64,000 bases of DNA from Nitrospirota bacterium (GTDB lineage: Bacteria; Nitrospirota; UBA9217). The stretch's first letter is position 1; each line of letters begins with the position of its first letter. The notes beneath the pieces were generated by a model. The model was not told the DNA's origin. It saw nothing but the letters and a program-made list of their open reading frames with translations, and did no database searches. Below are positions 33,501-45,700 of this stretch, one piece after another. The translations under genes and the position numbers were made by a program. The stretch lies in the NCBI GenBank assembly GCA_963818475.1, contig CAWFSF010000002.1, positions 512,001 to 576,000 of the forward strand, in the 5' to 3' direction.

Positions 33501-36500
33501 AAACTGGAGCCGTCCTGTCAAACGTGATCGTATCACTGTACACCTCTGACCAGTTGCCCGCATTGTCCATATATGTTACGTAAACAGTATTCGTCTCTTC
33601 CGACGCGAATGTCCAGGTCATCGACGTCACCAGTGGCTCAGGATAGGACCAATCCACTCCGTTGCTGCTCAGCTTCATCGCCAGGACGCTGTTCCCATCC
33701 GTTGCAGACAGAGTCAGCGCCGTCACGAGACTCGTCGAGTAGACATCGTTGTTGTTGATGACAATGCTCCCGACAGGCGGATCGGTGTCAAGGATGATCG
33801 AGTCGCTATACGGGACTGACCAGTTACCGACAGAGTCCTTATACTTGACATACACAGTGTTCGTCCCCTCGAAGGCAAGGGTCCATTGTCTTGAGCTTAC
33901 ATATGCTTCCTCCAGGGACGACCAGTCGCTTCCGTCAGCGCTGAACCGCATGGAGGTAACCCCGTTAAGATCAGAGGCGGACAGGGTAAGTATCGCGACG
34001 GCATTGGTCGTGTATGTGGCATCGCTGTTGATCGTTATGTCGCCGGTCGGTGTGACCGTATCTATCGAGAAGTTGGCCTGGCCAAAAGCAGGATTTCCCG
34101 CGGCATCAGTGGCCCCTATCCAGATTGTATGAGAGCCGTCATCAAGTGGACTAAGATTTTGTCCGGATGTTTTTTGAACAATTGCGCCATCGACTTTCAC
34201 GGCTACAACAGCGTTTGCGTCATCGACGGTATACTCGAGATAAGGCTGGTTGTTATTGATTGCTCCCACAGGCGATGTAATAACTAAAACAGGGGGTGTA
34301 GCATCTATTGAAAAGTTGACTTCCTTCGCCGCGAAATTGCCGACTGCATCGGTAGCGCTCACCCAGACCTTTATGGGGGCCTTCGGCAAGAGGGCCGACA
34401 TTCTCACCTGACGTTTTTTGGACAATTACATTGTCGAGTTTAACGACTACCGTAACTGGGCTTGCATCGGTAACGGTATAGGTAAGCGTGGGTTGATTAT
34501 TGTTTGACAAGCCTGACGGCGCGGCAATCACGACATTCGGCGGCAGCGTATCTACAAAAAACTCAATGACAGCAAATGCCGAATTTCCCGCGGTATCCGT
34601 GGCTTCAATCCATACGCTATGAGAACCATAGGCAAGAAGTTCAAGGTTCTCTCCTGATTTTTTCTCAACAATTCCATTATCTACCTTAACAACAACAATC
34701 ACTGGGCTTTCGTCCGTTACAGTATAAATCAGCTGAGGCTGACTATTACCAGCAAAACCTAGTGTTGGCGAAATTATCGTTACCTGCGGCGTCCCCGTAT
34801 CGATGAATTTAATGGTAGTCGCAGTAGTACTGAATCTGCCCGATGAATCTGCTTCCCGTACATAAATGATATTATCTCCATGGATCAAATTCGAGACCGT
34901 GCACGCCCATGTTGTACCTGAGATGCCGTCGGGATACGTTATCTCCCCGGTGGATGCACCTGTTGATACGGTTACCATCACAATGGCATCAGCCTGTTTC
35001 GTGCCGGTGATATCCTGAGTGGTCGAATATACTGGAGTCGTAACAGTATTAATTGAAACAACGGGTAAAAAGGGAGATAATTTCATGATAAAAAGATCAT
35101 TCCCCGTCCCCACTCCGTCCATATAGCCCGACGTAGCGCCTAGGATGATCGGATTATTTTGACTGTCGATCTTGATACTCCTACCAACATCATTATATTC
35201 CGAACCCAACTGCCTCGACCAGAGTTTTTCGCCAGCGCTGTCGAATACCGCAACGATCAGATCGCCATAGAACCCAAGCTTGACATTACCATCAAAGTTG
35301 CCTTCTGTATAACCCGTCACCCAAATAAAATCATCTGCATCTATAGCTATACCGTTGGCGATATCCGTCATAGTTGAGCCAACAATTATCGGCTGAGCCC
35401 AGAGCGGATTTCCATTCTGATCGTATTTTGCCAGAAAAACCTCGTCGCCCCGGCCGTTCGCGATGTTCACATTCCCGGTAATATAAATATTACCTTTCGT
35501 GTCAAGTGCTACTCCGTTCGCGTTCCCGCCGTACTCGGAATAGATAAGCTTGCCCCAAACAAAGTCACCGCTAGAGTTGTATTTGATCACCACAGGACAG
35601 TTCGGCACAGATTGTGACGTATTCTCCGGATTTACGGATGTTTGGCCGGCCAGATAAATATTACCTGTTGGATCAACGGCAACACTATTGACGCTGTCAT
35701 TTCCGTACAAGCCGGACTGGATCGTCCAGTCGGTGTTACCATTTCCATTAATCTTCGAGATAAAGTAATCCGTGCCGCCACCGCCACCGTACGTTTGCGA
35801 TGCTACACTGCCGTACACATTACCGACAACGTGAATAATTCCGGACGTATCGTCGACTGTCAAATCTGTAGCGGTGTCTTCCAAGGAATAGTTGGTATTG
35901 GTCGATTCAAGGTCTGTATTCGACCATATTTCAGTGCCCATGTACCCGCTATTCTTCGTAACATTGATGGTGAAGGTGAAGGTGGTCTTGGGGCCATGGC
36001 TCGTGTTGGTCCTCGTTGTCCAGGCCGTATGAACGTTCCCGCCTTCATCCACCGCTATTGCATTGCCCTTGCTGTCTATTCCGAATTGCCATGCAGGTGC
36101 AGGCATTGTTGTTTTATTGCCCTGACTGTCGTACTGCAGCACGACAACACCTGGCGATTCAGTAGTAACATTCGTCACAATGTTTCCACCAGCATAGCCG
36201 ATAGTGTAGGAATTACCGGTTTTATCCAGAGCAAGGTCGGAAACATATTCATCTTTATAAAGTGGGCCTTGCAGCATTCCTATTTGCCTGATCCACTCTG
36301 GATCATAGGACCTCAATCCGATGGCCAGGCCCTCGGCCTCGAATGTTATCTCTGCATAGGTTATATTTCCTGAATTATCGATTGCCTCGACTCTGACGGT
36401 GTTTGTGCCCGGAAACAGACAAAGGAGCCGAGAGCCTGATTGCGTAAATATCTGGATGCCGTTCACAAATACTTTGGTATCGCCTTCGGAAACAGTGTAG

Positions 36501-39500
36501 ATGAGGTCGGGCTTTGTGGTGTACGTCAGGCCGCTTACCGGAGAAAGAATCGTCAGAATCGGGGGGTCGGTATCGAGGATGATCGCGCGTTCAATATGGT
36601 TCCTGAACCCCGCCATATTTTCACCCGTCGCAATGGCAACACCATTACTGCCTTTCACGAGTCCACTTACAGAACTGCTCCAGCGTCCCGGCAAAGGGGT
36701 AATGACGGGCGCGGCAATGGCAGGAGCATCGGCGATAACGGTTACCGACATCCCTGTTTCTACAGATCCTGAAAGAAGAACACTCTCCGTCTTTGTCCAT
36801 ATTTTCGACCCTTGATCCAAAGTGAGCATCGGCAATCTGGGATCAGTCAATTTGTATAAGAAAGACGTAGACGCGTGGTCGCTTGATACATAAAGGTTAT
36901 TCGAAGCATCAAGAATCACCGCACGACCTATTTCCGAAAACGAGCCCATTTGCTTAGCCCAGCGCTCATTTCCACTGCTATCTAATTTAATAACGAATAG
37001 TCCGCCTGTTCCTGATGCACCGGGCAGACTCCCTTGCATTAAACCTGTCAAGTAGATGTTCCCGTTTGGCTCTGCAATTACATCAGATCCTTGATCAAAA
37101 TAGGTGCCCCCCCATTGCTTTGACCACTGATATACTCCATTACTGTCATACTTCATCATAAATATATCGGCAGTGTCATAGCCTGCATTCCATGCTGCAA
37201 GTGACCCATATGTTCCCCCAACAATATATACCCCGCCAAGAGCGTCAACGGATAAACCCCACACCCTGTCAATCTCTTCAGTTCCCCCCTGGATTACCCA
37301 TGAGTTTCCAGTCGGCTCGAATTTTGCCAGGAAATAGTCTTCATACCCGAGATTCCATTTATCTTCGACATCCCCGTCCGATGTTCCGGCCAAATAGACA
37401 TTACCGCCCCTGTCCAGCGCTATTAGGGTTCTGCGTGTGACGCTTGATCGAGTCGTCAAGATGCGCTTATCGATCTGATTTCCATTTGCATCGTACTTGA
37501 TCCAGAAAGCATGCTGGTATCCGTCGAAAATCTGCCATCCAAACAGATCTCCTACAGTGGTACCACTTACATAGATATCGCCTGATGTATCAATTGCAAC
37601 ACCATGAACTCCATCTGCCTGATCAGTTGCAATCTGTTTTGTCCATTTCAAAATACCCGCAGCATCGTATTTTACGAGGTATCCATCTCTACCCCCCTGA
37701 CCTACATTGCCGTCCACCCCGCCAGCAGAAGTCAAAGCTACATAAACATTTCCTTCTGAGTCAGCAGCAATTCCCCCTGGGGTAATATTGTTATCAGTGC
37801 TCGAAAGCGTTTGTGACCAAACAAGCATTCCGTTCGCACTATATTTAACAAGCAGGAGCGCACCCGAGGAAGTCTTTCCGGAAACATAAATATTTTCCTG
37901 TTTGTCACGCGTTAATCCGAATGTATTTACCATGCTGATAGTTTGCGACAATGCAGGATCAAGTATGTAAGCCTGCTCTGTCCCTATCGAAACTACGATG
38001 CGAACTTCAGCGAACGAGCTGAGATTGCCTATTCTTGCTTCGACCCGAATAGTATAAGGACCATCAGAAAGGTCGAGCAATGATCCGGTGAAAGGATTCC
38101 CGTTGACCGTGACTATAGGTGTGCCGTTAGTGACCTCGTAGCTCAATGGGATCGAACCAGTAGAATAAACACCTTCAACCGGCGAATGAATAGTGACCAC
38201 AGGAACCCTAGTGTCGATCACGAAACTAACAGCAGCAGAGCCCACATTCACTCCGTTGCTTGCTTGCACAGTTACGGTGTGTGTTCCTTCGGCAAGATCG
38301 AGATAATCCCCTGATGCTTTAAAGAGAGGATTATTGTCGATGATGACCGTTACTAGCGCATCGGACGGAACTACTTCATAAACAAGCTGGGGTGTATGGG
38401 TGGCAATAGTTCCGACGGTCGGAGAAATGATCGTTACCAAGGGGGCGACATCGTTATCCATGATCGAGTAGTTATGAGTGCTCTGCCCCAGCGTTGCGTT
38501 GCTCGGGTTTAGGAGGTCGACTAGAATCGATTCGTCTTCCTCATGCAGAGGGTCATCCACGATCAGGAGATCGACATACTTAACCGTATCGCCCGGACTG
38601 AAAACAAGAGAACCTGGAGCAAGCTTGAAATCCAAGGTATTCGTAGCTGTGCTTGCAAGGAGGTTAACGGTGTAGCTGACCGATACCGGGAGATGATACT
38701 CGCTGTTTAGAGAGACCTGCAGGCGGACAGACGGGGCGCTTTCGTCATTGGCTGAACCAGCCAAATTGAATCCGACAACTGGCTTGGGGATAGTGCTCAC
38801 AATCGTATTCGAAGCGATATTGTTTAGTTTACTTGTTTCTATGACTACGTTGTTCGGATCAACCGATACTTCATAGGTGTGGCTCAACCCATCAGTGATC
38901 TCTACAACAAACAAAACCATTGTCGCTGTCTGACCTGGAAACGACGTCGTGACGTCATTTCCAACCTTTACACGGGTGCCGGAAATCGGGTCAACTTCAT
39001 AAAGCCTAACCAGGGCGTTCGAAACCGAATTCTGCCCGGTGTTGTTGATCCTGGCGGTGATTGTTACTGATTCCGAAAGGGTCGTAACGAACTCAGGATT
39101 GAAGACGATGTTAGAAGCAATAATGGAGAGGTCGGGATCGGTATCGGTTAATCGCAGCGCCCTTACTGCCAGCGCCGTTTGGAAGGTACTGTGATTCCAG
39201 TTTCGGTAGGGAGATTCGATATCTTGGGTATCGCGAAGGAAGGTAAGACCATTATTCGTTATGCTCGTATCTGCCCTCAGTTCGCGCAGCGCAAGCACTG
39301 CAACAGCAGTATCATATACGGTACTCGGACTGTTCCCGAAGCCGCCGTCTTCCAAGTTCTGTTTGCGCTGGAGCCATGTTTTACCGGTTGATATTTTTTC
39401 CTCGTCTAGGCCAAAACCGGATCTATAAACATTGAATGCGGAAAGGACCGACGCTGTGGGAAGGATCGTGCTCGTCATCGTGTCTTTCCCGTTGCCGGCG

Positions 39501-41125
39501 CTCCATCCGTTATCAGAATTTTGATTCGCTGAAAGATAGGCAATGGCGTTTGTCAGTACGGTCGGATCGGCATATCCAGCGGAAGCGAGGGCTTTAAGCG
39601 CAAGCGCGGTATCCAGGTTGTTGCTTCCGAAACCACTTTTGCTTCCCCAGCCGCCGTCTGAATTCTGTCGGCCGATCAGTTCGTTCTTCAGGACGCTAAC
39701 GTCCTGCCCCGGATCGGAGGATAACGCTTCGATCGCGCGGGCAAGGTAGTCGGTATTTTCTATAGAGGCGGTGTTTAACCAGGTGAGTCCGCTAAAATAG
39801 TTCTGCTGCGCGCTGGTGAAATATTTGAGAGTCAGAAGTGTCTCCGCGGTATCCCGGAGCGTTGTTGAAGAAAGATCCTCCCACCTGCCGTCCGATTGCT
39901 GCTGACTGATGAGCCAATTGAGGCCGTCGTTAATGCTAACTGGCGTTGTTCTGAGCGTGAGCGTCGGAGAGGTAATGAGGGGATGCTCAGTCAATGACGT
40001 AATCGGGGACGGCGCAACTTCCATCATGGCCTTGCCGTCGGTCAGGACGGAAAATCGGGTGACCCATTCTTTTCTGATCGCTTCGATCCCTGCAAGGTCA
40101 GCGTTGCTGGGTATATCATCGGTGGTCAGATAAATGAACGCCATCTTGATCGTTTTTGAAGTCTCGGCAGCACTCGGAACGCGCTCTCCCATTGCGGCTA
40201 CGATCTGAGTCATGGAGACCGTGGAAACGAGGCCGCTGATCGTATCACCGACTTTGGGAAGTTGATTTTTGTCTATGAGAGGGTTATCGATCAGGAGCAT
40301 GTCGGGAACCTGGGTCTTGTCGATCATGCCCATGAGGTAAAGTTCAAGCGGGCTGAATATCCTCCCTATGCCTGAAACGACATGATTGTCCGGAGAAATA
40401 GAGGTAAACGTGCCGTCGCCATTATCCTGCCAGTGGTTCCCGTAGAGTGTGGAGCCGTTCGTCTCGAAGAGGTAGCTCCAGTGGGCATTGTCCTTGCCGA
40501 GCAGTCCTTCGCTGTCAGGGCTGTTCAGATCAGCGGGATCGGTCTTGTATCTGATATAAGCACCCCAGCGGTGCATCATCTCATGAGACAGCTCCATCAG
40601 CGTCTCTTCGAACTTGGGATCGAGCGGATCGCTGGTATGGCCTGCGATATTTGCCATTTCTATAAGACCCTGAAGCTTTTTTCCATTGATGCCGTAGCTG
40701 GGCCGGTAATCGAAGAGCTCTTCCGTTCTTCCGGGACCGACACCGATGCCCTGCACATCGTTACGGATGCCGGAATAAAAACCTTTTGCGCCTGCCTGCG
40801 GCATGAAAAAATCGAAATTCGTGAAGATTACGAGGAAGTCATACTCGTCTTTGTGAGTTTCGTAGAATTTCTGTGCTACAAGCGCGCGGGGATTGTAATT
40901 AGATGTGCCGTTGGTAAAATTGGAGAAGTAATTCTCTGTGCCCGTAACGGTCATTACCGTCACTAGATCAACATCGCTGGTTGATTTAACTCCAAAATTT
41001 GTCGCGAATGACAGAGATGGGGCCAGGAGGAGCGCCATGAGCAGTAGCAGTATAAAAGACCGTAGGGTGACAAGGAGATTACTCGTTTTTTTCAGTCCCT
41101 GTCCCATGCTGTGGAATATGCTCAT
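30513..41125 (-). CDS. Giant (~3,500 aa) secreted multidomain protein: HExxH domain, alpha-alpha toroid repeats, CARDB, Calx-beta, Ig-like, two SBBP propellers, RCC1-like repeats; frame breaks near 34380, 32490, 32050-31990 and 31890
   Basis: ORFs 34253-41125, 32467-34425, 32051-32494 and 30513-31868 join mid-repeat (e.g. GPH/KVWVSATD); signal peptide, HEMMH, Q.SDGGW repeats, VDPNN..ETSKLNN, LWAWG.N.YGQLG repeats. Confidence 0.82.
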
Positions 41126-41167
41126 GACTCCTCCATTGTTGTAAGAAATGTCGTAATCCTGTCAGAT

Positions 41168-41593
41168 CTATTGCTGTTTACCGCTGGTTTGCTTGATCCG
41201 CGCGACAGGCGGTTTCGGCATGGCCTTTGACATGATCTCAATAGACTGCTTTCCATTTTCAAGCCGGACGATGATCTTCTCAGGGCCGTCCTTGGTCATT
41301 CTTTCGAGCAGCACCCTGTCTTTCGCGATCTCAACCACTCGGAGTGATTCCTCGGTCGTTTTTTGTTTTTTCTTCTTTTTGGCCGCTGTTGAATCCGTTC
41401 CTTTTTCTTCTGCGCTGATCACATCCCCGACCCCGACCATCCTGAGCTTTCCGTCGATGTCCTTGATGACAGCCTTCCCTTCCGGCTCGGAAATCTTGAC
41501 GAAATGAATTTTGTCGAGAGGATTTGCGTGAACCGGAAGTGGACTCAGCAATAATAATGCAGCTAGATATGATAAAATATTATGGCGTTTCAT
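41168..41593 (-). CDS. Small secreted protein with a PilP/GspC HR-like beta domain
   Basis: Signal peptide ending VHA; AVIKDIDGKLRMVGVGDVI...RVVEIAKDRVLL pattern. Confidence 0.6.
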   Translation of the reverse strand: MKRHNILSYLAALLLLSPLPVHANPLDKIHFVKISEPEGKAVIKDIDGKLRMVGVGDVISAEEKGTDSTAAKKKKKQKTTEESLRVVEIAKDRVLLERMTKDGPEKIIVRLENGKQSIEIMSKAMPKPPVARIKQTSGKQQ

Positions 41594-41800
41594 ATAAACC
41601 TCCGGACAACATTGATTTCCATACCCGCTGATGCGATCATCCCATGATGCACTTGATGCCTCGTGGCGAGTGCTTTTCCTATTGATGAAAACCTATTGAT
41701 CCACTCCCACGATAGTTATGCACCGTAAGAACCAACGTCCCCAAAGATTCTGCGACTGATACTGCTCTGCTACATGTCTAATTTCACGTCAAAATCGATA

Positions 41801-41878
41801 CGCAACGGGTGCAACTACGTCCCCAAGCGTTCCGCAACGGGTGCAACTACGTCCCCAAGCGTTCCGCCCAAGCGTTCC
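41801..41878. repeat. 32-bp tandem direct repeat (2 exact copies plus a partial)
   Basis: CGCAACGGGTGCAACTACGTCCCCAAGCGTTC at 41801-41832 and 41833-41864, then CCCAAGCGTTC again. Confidence 0.95.
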
Positions 41879-41883
41879 AAAAA

Positions 41884-42760
41884 TCACTCTACCCACTTCC
41901 ACCGCAGAATCTTGTACTGCGAATCAGTCCGCATCCATGTGTAGATACTTCCATCAGGACCGGCAACCGCTTCGCCATACTGAGCCACTAGCGTCGGAAT
42001 GCGTTCAACACCTACGATTCGGACCGGACCGAATTCATCATTCGGTTTTATCCATTCAGAAACTACGGCTACCTTGTATTTTTTCTTTTCGTTTGGTTGC
42101 ACCGGTATCTCCTCAGACACTTTATAAGCAGTGGCCTTAAATTTTTGATTTTGTACAATCAGACTCGCGTTCACCTTTAAGAGCCCCTCCTCTTTGATTG
42201 CATCTTTGGCACCTTCATAAATATATATTCCATCAGGGTACTCGATCTGATAGTGCCACTGCGATACGGAAAGCTTCTTTGCCGTAAGCCTGCCGAGTTC
42301 AAGGGGACGGGCGGTCACGGTTTCTTGAAGACCGAAGGAAGCATCATATTTACGATATGTTACTGCATCTTTTGTCCAGAATACCCCAGCTGAGCCAAAT
42401 GCTATTACATCACCCATATAGCTATACTTACTCATCGCATAAGATATTCCACCTTGTGGCCGTTTCACTTTACTCCAATTAACGACTTCTAAAAGACTTC
42501 CATCGGTTTTGTACACTTCCTGTTCTTTCATTCGGAATATCGCTTATTAGTACCCGCCCATCGGAGAGAACTTCAATGGCATCTGGCCAAGCATCAGATG
42601 CCAGAGAGTCACCCTTTGACAACCCAAACTGTGTTGACTCCTGCCCCCACGTGCCGCTTAATACAATCTCTGGCAGCCCCCACATACCAAAAGCACCAAT
42701 TGGAATGAGCATACAGACAATAGCCCACACACAGCACATCATTAGTCTTATTAATCCCAT
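41884..42760 (-). CDS. Secreted beta-propeller (NHL-like) protein, candidate immunity protein; frame break near 42530
   Basis: Signal-like N-terminus; WG....QFG, PDAIEVLSDGRVLISD..NER and GPDGSIYTW blade motifs; start overlaps the upstream stop. Confidence 0.7.
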
Positions 42761-45700
42761 AATTTCACCCTCCCGAATCCAAGAGGAGACTTCAGTGCGC
42801 CTCTTGTATCTCTTGTAATTTGATTTACGACAGTCATTCTATTAAAATCAGTGCACCAATCAGGTTTTTTCTTACTGCCATAACACACTTTCTCGCTCCC
42901 ACTCGCATGCAATATTCTGATATTCATCTTCCTGTAGGTCTTCACATAAGCCCGAATCATCACCTTTCATGCAATAGACCATTGCTACATGGCTAATAGC
43001 TCCTGCGCTACTGCCGTAGGTCAATAGATCGCCCCGCCTCTTCAGACCTGACAAACCATCAAATAACCAATATGCTCTCTGAATTTCCGTAAATTGCCAT
43101 GCGCCGATCGCCCCATCATCTATGTGATTATTGTCGTTGTCAACATCTATTAAGTCCGGTATTTCGCAAACGAGTCCGGGGATGTCCAAACCTTTGCCAG
43201 ACGTTCCAAGTCTCTGGATGAACCCCGAGCAATCTATACCGGCCCAACTTTGGAATGCAAAATACTGAGAAGCCGTATTTATTTCTGTAGAATGCAGTCC
43301 GGAATATTTTTTCGTTCCTGTCATCCCGCATCCCGAATCATTCACATTTCCCGCATAGGCGCTGCCTACCTGACCTACTGCCGACGGAGTGCATTGTGTG
43401 ACTGATTTCCAGAACTGCTCATAGGTGTTCTTACATCCGAAACAGTAGCTTTCAGCTTCTGAAACCGTATTTCCGGTTCTTGACGTCCACGACGTATTTG
43501 CTCCTGAATAGTCGTTTCCATTCGAATGCAAGTATCTTTCTCCGTCTTGTATCATGCCGTTTACAAACCGTTGTATAACGTTCTCGTATAGCTCCAACAA
43601 GCCGGTGTCCATCTGTGTGTTCCCCGGTTCGCTGTTCGGGATCGTGTCAGTTTCTTGCACGCTGTCCCGACCAAAGACTCTTTTTCCATGATTTTGTAGA
43701 ACCAGTACAACGGCGGGCTGTTGGTGTCGGTCGCATCGAGTCCGTAGTCTTTTTTGATCTTGTTGTACGTGTCGCTCGCAGCAGGTTCTATACCAAAGCT
43801 TTGTTTGAACAGTTTGACCCCGGCATACGCGACATTGTCATAGATTCCATTTTCATCCAATAGGCTATATTGATTAGGGACCCATGCGCTGCCGTCGTAG
43901 GTTTCCCGCATTCTCGGAACGACCTGATTTAATAGTTCCTGGACATAATCCAGCTTTCGATACTCATCCTTGCTTGCCGTTGTCTTGCCCTTATGATTGT
44001 CTCCACTTGCCGTATCATAGGTGAACACGGCCTGTCCATCCAGCACCTCTTTTAAATTGGTATTGGCATTGGTTTTCACGTTCCAGACAGGCTGGATGGT
44101 TTGCGTTGTTGTAGTTCCGTCCGACGCCATGAGGCTGAACTGGACCTGTATGCCGTTGGTGCCGGTTAAGGGATCGCTGTTCATGACTGGGCCGAGCGTA
44201 GGATCAGCTGTGAGCGTGAATTCGGTTTTACCCGCGCCGTCAAGCATCACTTCCGGCGTGATATTGATTGTGAAGTTTGTCGGCGCAAGAATTTTCGCTT
44301 TTATCTTCCTGCCGGTTGTCGGCGTTCCGTCCAGGTTCATGCCTTTGACCGTGATCTTCTTGCCCCCTAGTGCAGGATAATAATCAAAGTACCTGAGTTT
44401 TGAATTCGGGTATTGCGTATCGACACTCTCCAGATAAATGCCGTACGCCTTCACCTGCACCTTCTTGCTCCAAATCTCGGACGAACCATGGCCGTAGTTG
44501 AGCACCACCTGCATCTCGTATGTCTGCCCGGGTACAAATGAATACCCATGTGCGATGGTCTCGGTGATTGTCCCCTGAGCAAGCGTCTTGTACCGGAAAT
44601 CAAACAAGGAACCATTCTTGTAGAAGGCCAGCTGCGCTGTCGCCGCCCGATACTCTGTTGGCACGATCGAGTAGCTTATAGCGGTATCTTGTATAGCTCT
44701 GCCGTACTGGTCTACTGGAATAAATACATCTGGCGGCAACTGAGCATCGACACCATATATTGTGATTGCCAGCGTATTGGTTAATGATCCAGTAGCAGCA
44801 TCAATATTTACGCTATTCGGGCCTGATGGGAAATTTAACTGTCCGTTGTACATCCCGTTAACGTGAGACGTGGAGAAAACATTGTTGAATTTAACCGTTA
44901 GATCCTCCGGATACACGACGGACATGACACCGTTTCGGACTCCGAGAACATATGATTTTGCGCTGATCGAACCAAGTGATCCGGTTTTTCGGGCATCGAT
45001 TCTAGTTCCTGTTGAATCGGCATCGTTGAAATAATCCAGGACAAGCACATCGTCCGGGGGACTCGTCTGGCTGCAAGAGGGGATGCTATTAGTTTTTAGC
45101 ATCGAAAAAGTCGTGGTAGAAGTTCCTTGTGTATAAACATCGACCGGATACGTCGCATTCGGCAGTCCTCCTAAAATCGCACCGAGCAATACACTACCGT
45201 CGCTATAGCTTTTAATACTGGTCACAGTATCCGGTCTCTGACCACATTCCCCCCACGCCGGATTATTCTTTGCGCAAACTGTATCTTCAATGAGCTGCAG
45301 CTTAAGCTTAGCCTGATCGGCAATAGCACATACTGCTCCAATAGGATCTTGTGCCGTAAAATTTAACGGAACGTTCGCTTTCGGGTTTCCATGTTGGTCT
45401 TTGACGTAAGCACCTACTGTCCCTATGTAGCTCAAGATGGCGCCCGATCTGTCACCGCTGCCCCCCCATGGTGTGATTTGGGCAGAAATATCAGGAAACG
45501 CCAGGATTGAAAAATAACTGGGCAACGGAGTGTCCAGCCTGCCCGATTTTAACACCGCGTCAATGATATTCTCTCCAACCTGGTTTGGATAGACATCGCC
45601 TATTCTTTGAATGAAGCTGGTGTTAACATACGTGCTTTGTCCGGGTTTCATTTTGATCGACGCGATCCCTAGTTCATTCGCTTGAACTTCTTTTGTCTGT

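Noticed and set aside
39150-39930. Squalene-hopene cyclase or alpha-2-macroglobulin thioester domain
   Set aside because: QW-like toroid repeats are present, but neither the DxDD catalytic motif nor a CxEQ thioester motif is visible, so it is treated as a structural toroid.
41640-41705. c-di-GMP-II riboswitch (minus-strand ATCAATAGG start)
   Set aside because: The rest of the aptamer (kink-turn and pseudoknot elements) could not be found.
41801-41878. CRISPR array
   Set aside because: The 32-bp copies are directly adjacent with no spacers, and there are no cas genes.
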